A DNA stretch of 64,000 bases from an uncultured bacterium (lineage in GTDB: Bacteria; Krumholzibacteriota; Krumholzibacteriia; LZORAL124-64-63): the NCBI GenBank assembly GCA_963732385.1, contig CAVSZB010000004.1, positions 1-64,000 of the forward strand, given 5' to 3'. The translations under genes were made by a program, and so were the position numbers. How positions within the stretch are numbered: position 1 is the stretch's first letter; the number at the start of each line of letters is the position of its first letter. The notes beneath the pieces were generated by a model that saw only the letters and a program-made list of their open reading frames with translations, did not search any database and was not told the DNA's origin. Positions 59,195 to 64,000 of the stretch are shown here, piece by piece.

Positions 59195-60934
59195 ATGGAA
59201 CATCAGGGATATCGCACTCATCGTGGCATGGGCGGAGTAGCCCGGACCCGTCACGGGTCGGCGCGGCTCTCCCTGCTGCTCGTCGCGCTGTTGCTGGTTC
59301 CCCTTGCCGGAGCGGCGAACCCCGCTGCGAATCCGCCCGACGATGGCGTCGGGCCGAACTGGACCGGCTACGAGACTCAGCCGCTGCGCGTGAACATTAC
59401 GCAAGGACGCGGCGATGGAGATACGTACCGCCGGGGAGAGCAGATCAACATCTTATTCGAGGCGAACCAGGACGCCTACGCAGTCGTCTACCGCATCGAC
59501 TCCGATGGCGGGGTCACCATCCTCTGGCCACGTAGTCGGCTCGACGACGGCTTTGTCTTCGGCCGTCATCAGTACAGCCTGCCGGCCGCCGGGGCGCCCC
59601 GCCTGCGCGCCGGTTCCGAGCCGGGAGTCGAGTATGTCGAAGCCGTGGTCTCCCTGTACCCCTTCGACCTGCGGGATATCGAGGTGGACTTTCATCACGA
59701 GCCCGCGGACGAAGACTATCGCTACGCGGTAGCCGGTGATCCTTTCCTGGCGATGAACGAGGTCAATCACGCGATCACCCGCCTGGAAAACGCCGAGGAC
59801 TTCGTCGTGACGAACTACGTCAGCTACTTCGTCGAACGCCGGGTGGAGCATCCCCGCTACCTGTGCAGTCAGTGCCACGCCGGCGAGAACTACGATCCTT
59901 ACCGTGCGAGCTGCACGATCGCGATTCATCACGACTACGACTGGTCCAACCGCTGGTACGTCCGTTTCGGCTATTACCCGGTCTACCAGTACCCGGCCTA
60001 CTACTATGTCGATCCCTGGAGTTCGCGGCCGTGGATCAACTACTGGTACACCCCCTGGTATGACTGGCCGGGCTACGCGGTGTACGACTGGCCGTTCAGT
60101 TGCTACGTCTGGAACTATTCTCCCTACTGGCATGATGACGCCTGGAGCCGCTGGAAGTCAGGCGATCGTCGCTACACGCCGCTAGACAAGCGCGATATCC
60201 GTGACGAACGCTGGCGGCAGAAGCAGATCGCGCGTTCCACACCGTTCGTCCGCGAGGCGCGTCCGCCGCGCGACGTGGAAGAGGTCCTGCGCACCCGTAC
60301 GAAGCTCGACCGCGATAGGGTCCGCGTGCTGGGGGGCGGGGGCGGCGGACGCGGGGACTTCGCGAACGTGTCCCCCGACCTGCGCCAGCCGGTAACCTTC
60401 AGCGAGGGCCCGCGTCGTGACGCTCGCGAAGGCGGTCTGCGCGTGCGTGAAGACAGGGCACGGGGCGGCCGGGTGCCGCCGGTCGCAGGAGCACGGACGC
60501 GTCTCGGGGACGAACGGCCCGGCCCTGCGCGTCCGGTGTCGCCGGCGCGTGGCACTACCGACCGTGGCGCCATCAGGCCGCTCGATCCACGCAAGCCCGT
60601 CGCTCGTATCTGGTCGGGTGGACGGGGCGGATCGACCACCGAGCAGGGCGAGCGGACAGCGCCCGAGGCCCGTCGTGGGCGCGACACGAAGCCCGTGCGG
60701 GTGCGGGACGGGAGCGGAGAGACGCAGACGCCCGAATCCTCGCGCGGACAGGCGGTCCGCGGCGATAATCGTTCCTCAACCGACCGTCCCACACCGTCGC
60801 TGCGCCGCGAGGATCGCCCGACATCGCCCCCCTCGGCGCGTGCCGGGGGCGGTCCGAGCACAGCGCGTCCGGCGAGTGGCGGAGGCCGGACCAAGGGCGG
60901 CCAGGAAGATAACGGCGAGCAGCGCCGGCGCTGA
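59195..60934 (+). CDS. DUF4384-like secreted protein with CxxCH, Tyr/Trp-rich segment and Arg-rich disordered tail
   Basis: YRRGEQINI...DAYAVVYRIDSDGGVTILWP; CSQCH; GAGGAGG RBS. Confidence 0.8.
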   Translation: MEHQGYRTHRGMGGVARTRHGSARLSLLLVALLLVPLAGAANPAANPPDDGVGPNWTGYETQPLRVNITQGRGDGDTYRRGEQINILFEANQDAYAVVYRIDSDGGVTILWPRSRLDDGFVFGRHQYSLPAAGAPRLRAGSEPGVEYVEAVVSLYPFDLRDIEVDFHHEPADEDYRYAVAGDPFLAMNEVNHAITRLENAEDFVVTNYVSYFVERRVEHPRYLCSQCHAGENYDPYRASCTIAIHHDYDWSNRWYVRFGYYPVYQYPAYYYVDPWSSRPWINYWYTPWYDWPGYAVYDWPFSCYVWNYSPYWHDDAWSRWKSGDRRYTPLDKRDIRDERWRQKQIARSTPFVREARPPRDVEEVLRTRTKLDRDRVRVLGGGGGGRGDFANVSPDLRQPVTFSEGPRRDAREGGLRVREDRARGGRVPPVAGARTRLGDERPGPARPVSPARGTTDRGAIRPLDPRKPVARIWSGGRGGSTTEQGERTAPEARRGRDTKPVRVRDGSGETQTPESSRGQAVRGDNRSSTDRPTPSLRREDRPTSPPSARAGGGPSTARPASGGGRTKGGQEDNGEQRRR

Positions 60935-61153
60935 TCCGGACAGGTTGCTCGTCAATTGTTCCCCCCAGCCGCCGGTCGGGGGGGCGCGGATCCGATCCCT
61001 GAAGAGGTTGGCAGCCAAGGGGAACGGGAGCCGCGACAGCCGACCGGCGGTGGTCATCAATGCCGGAGGGGACCGGGGTGAAGCTGTTGTCGATCAGGGG
61101 CGACAATATCGGATCCCCGGCCCTTCCGGACTCTTTCGTCGGCTGACCCTGCG

Positions 61154-61183
61154 TTGACGGGGTCGGCCGTTCGTCCTTATAAT
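61154..61183 (+). promoter_or_regulatory. sigma70 promoter
   Basis: TTGACG-N18-TATAAT upstream of ATG 61242. Confidence 0.7.
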
Positions 61184-61241
61184 CGCCACATCTGTGGCCC
61201 GCCCGCGACGAATCCCCGCGCGACCCGTGAGGAAGATCGGC

Positions 61242-64000
61242 ATGCCGAAGTCGCCCAGTTCCCGGATCGGTGTTTCCGTGCCACATCCTGTCCGATGCCG
61301 GCGTTGGTGTGCGCTCCAGGCCGGTGTGATGCTGGTGCTGCTCGTCGCGGCCGTCGCCGTGCCGGCCGCTCCCGGGCCGTTGTCCCGCGCGCCCCGGCTG
61401 TTGCCGTCGGCGGTGCGGGAGGCCCTGGCCGAGCGGTCGGCACCGCTGCTCGCTGACGGTTCCCGTACCCTGCAACGCCAGCGTCTCGCGGGAGTCAGCC
61501 CCGCGGATACGCTGTCAGTGGTCGTGCTGCTCTGCGACTTCGCTGACAGTTTGCTGTATGGTCGGTATGGCACGGTTCCGGGCGAGTTTCCACCGCCCCG
61601 GCAGAGCGATTTCTACTATGCGGCGCACGACTCGCTTTTTTTCGCGCATCAGTTTGCCGACGTGGCCGCGTACTTCGACGCTGTCAGCGGCGGGCGTCTC
61701 ACGGTGCGCTGCGCGGTCGTGGGGGCCGTGGCGAATCTGGCCCGGCCGATGGGCTGGTATGGCGATCACCCCTTGGCGGGTGAGCAGCCGGTGTTGCTGG
61801 CGCGGGACGTGATCGCGGCACTCGACAACAGGGTGGACTTCTCACGCTTCGACACCGTGGTCATCGTACACGCGGGAGCGGGTGAGGAAACCGATCTGCT
61901 GAACGATTCGCCGGAACAGATCTACAGCACCTACCTCGGCCCCGAGGACTTTGCCCGCGCGGCGGAAGATACGATGCTGACCCGGCCTTACCTGCCCACC
62001 GACGATGTCGATGGGGGGGGGATCCGGTCGTTGTGAATCAGGTGCTGGTGCTGCCGGAAACGGAATTCCAGGATCCGTTCGCCGGTTTCGGCGGCTACTT
62101 CGGCTCCCTGGGGGTCTACTGTTTCGAGATTGGACTGCGTCTGGGTATGTTTTCGCTGAGCGACTTCACGCCGGCGGGGCATCCCGACAGTCAGGGCGTG
62201 GGCGAATTCGACCTGATGGGCTACGGACTGTTCGTTGGCGCCGGCTTTATCCCCTGCCAGCCTTCCGCCTTCAACAAGCTCCTCATGGGCTGGATCGAAC
62301 CGTATGCCGTCGAACCGGGCGCCGGAGGGGTTTGGCGTCTGGATCCGATCGAGAGTGCGACCGGGGATTCGCTGGCGGCGCGGGTGGAGATCGGCGGACG
62401 GGAGTACTGGCTGCTCGAGTACCGCCTGCAGGATCCTGACGGGAACCGCATCTTCTCCTTCGCCGGTGATCTCAACGGCAACAATATCCCCGATTTTCTG
62501 GACGCGAATTCGGCCAACGGTGATGGCACCCCGACCGGTTTATTCGATCCCGCGACCGACACGCGTGAACTGCTGACCGGCGCCGAGTGGGACTTCTTCA
62601 TGAGCGAGAACCAGGCGCGGCAGCCAGGCGTGAAGGGAGCCGGCAGCGGGCTGTATGTCTGGCATGTCGACGAGGGGGTGATCACAGACGCCATCGAGGC
62701 GGAGGGAAGTCTCTTCAACTCCGATCCGCGCCGTAAGTCCGTCGATCTGGAGGAGGCCGACGGCATCCAGGATCTCGACTCGCGCCAGCCCTCGGAGTAC
62801 ATGCTCGGTGGCGACTTCGACAGCTTCCGGGGCGAGGACAACGCCACGTTCGGCCCGACGACCAACCCCGACAGCCGCTCAGCCGGCGGCGCCTGGACCG
62901 GCGTGGTGATCGATCAGATCGCCAACGTGGTGGCCGACTCCAGCGCGATCTCCACCGTCCCGCCACGGATATTCATTCGCTACGCCGACCATCTGACTTT
63001 CCGCTGCCGGCGAAACGAACCGGACACCGGCCCCGTGTTGGGCGTGGAGCGGCGGCTGGACGGCGTCGATCTTGCCGGTTCGCACCTGCTGGCGGTGGAT
63101 CTCGACGCGCCGCCCGATGGCCGGCTGGAGATCGTCGCCGGAGGGGCGCGTGGCGAGGTTTTCGCCTTTGAGTCGGACCTGTCCGAGCAGTACGACGGTG
63201 ACGCCACTCCCGCCACCAGCGGGATCCTGGCGATCGGGACCGACGCCGAAGGTGTGCCGGTGCGCTGGAACGGGCCTGCCGCCGCCGGCGATCTCGACGG
63301 GGACGGTCGGCAGGAGATCCTGCTCTGCGGACCGCATGGTCTGTACGCTTTCGACGGTGAGGACGGTCGTGAGCTTGCCGATGGTGACGACGATCCGGAC
63401 AGCTTCGGGCTGCTGGCGCCTCTGGAGCATTGCGCGCTGCCTCCGGTTCTGATTCCCGCCACAGGCGGTGTCGAGGCCTATGACCCGGGCCGCAGCGTCG
63501 TGGCCTGCGTGGTCGAGACGTACGGTGAGCCGGCGCGATCGCGTTTGCGCTGGTTCGACGCCGACGGACGGGACGCTCTGCCGCCGCTGTTGCTGGGGAC
63601 CGTCTCCGTCCTGGCGCCACCGACTCCGGTTGCCGCGACGCGTCTGGCGCTCGCGGTGGTGGATACGGCGACAGGAGAGTCGACGTTGCGGTTGGTCACG
63701 TGGGCCCCGCCGGCGACACCGGTCGTCGCGGCGACCTGGCCGCTCTCCCTGACCCCGGGGACGGCGCCCCTGCTGGCGGTCGTGGCCGAGGGTCCGCTGC
63801 GGGGCGCCGTGATCGTGGACTCGGAGGGTGCGGCCGAGACCGTGTGGTGGAACGAAAACGAGGAATTCGTGCGGCGGGATGCCTGGCCGATCGACTCACC
63901 GGTGCGCAGCCCGCTGTCGGCCGGCTGTGCTTATGTTGGCCAGGGGAGTCTGGCGAGAGTGACGGTTGTGGGCGCGCCGCTTACCGGCTGGCCGATGCGT
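61242..64000 (+). pseudogene. Large secreted M6 (immune inhibitor A)-like metalloprotease homolog with FG-GAP repeats; frameshifted at the G9 tract 62013-62021; runs off window edge
   Basis: Frame 1: VVLLCDFAD, YFDAVSGG, VDFSRFD, IVHAGAGEE. Continues from 62021 in another frame: VLPETE, FDLMGYG, SAFNKLLMGW, EYWLLEYR, GLYVWHVDE, VDLEEADG, AGDLDGDGRQEI. Confidence 0.75.

Overview
High-GC bacterial chromosomal window, densely coding, with no mobile element, rRNA or CRISPR array recognised. C-terminal 'WGxxKxxYR' secreted proteins and the overall gene content suggest an FCB-related candidate lineage such as Krumholzibacteriota/Latescibacterota (inference). Content includes a polyphosphate cluster (ppk1, CHAD, metallophosphoesterase), a hutH-like ammonia-lyase with an Ala-Cys-Gly MIO motif, tRNA-fMet, ftsB, eno, an ECF sigma/anti-sigma locus, TonB/TolB-like envelope proteins, a porin, a MoxR-Bat operon with fused batBC and batDE, queD, tdk, rfbAB, cca, a fatty-acyl-CoA ligase, mutY, icmF, rlmN and two sigma54 activators. 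The most striking element spans 53.6-57.9 kb. A near-consensus sigma70 promoter drives a small secreted Gly-rich 'GDPDD' peptide gene followed by a large TPR-GAF-AAA+ sigma54 activator. Downstream lie an IHF site, a palindrome and a -24/-12 promoter heading an about 345-nt highly structured RNA-like region with no convincing long ORF. This looks like a candidate undescribed peptide-signal, sigma54 and regulatory-RNA circuit. A second sigma54 promoter heads a lipoprotein/DUF4384 gene pair. A degenerate M6-protease-like gene is frameshifted at a G9 tract. All family calls come from motif recognition by eye, not database searches.
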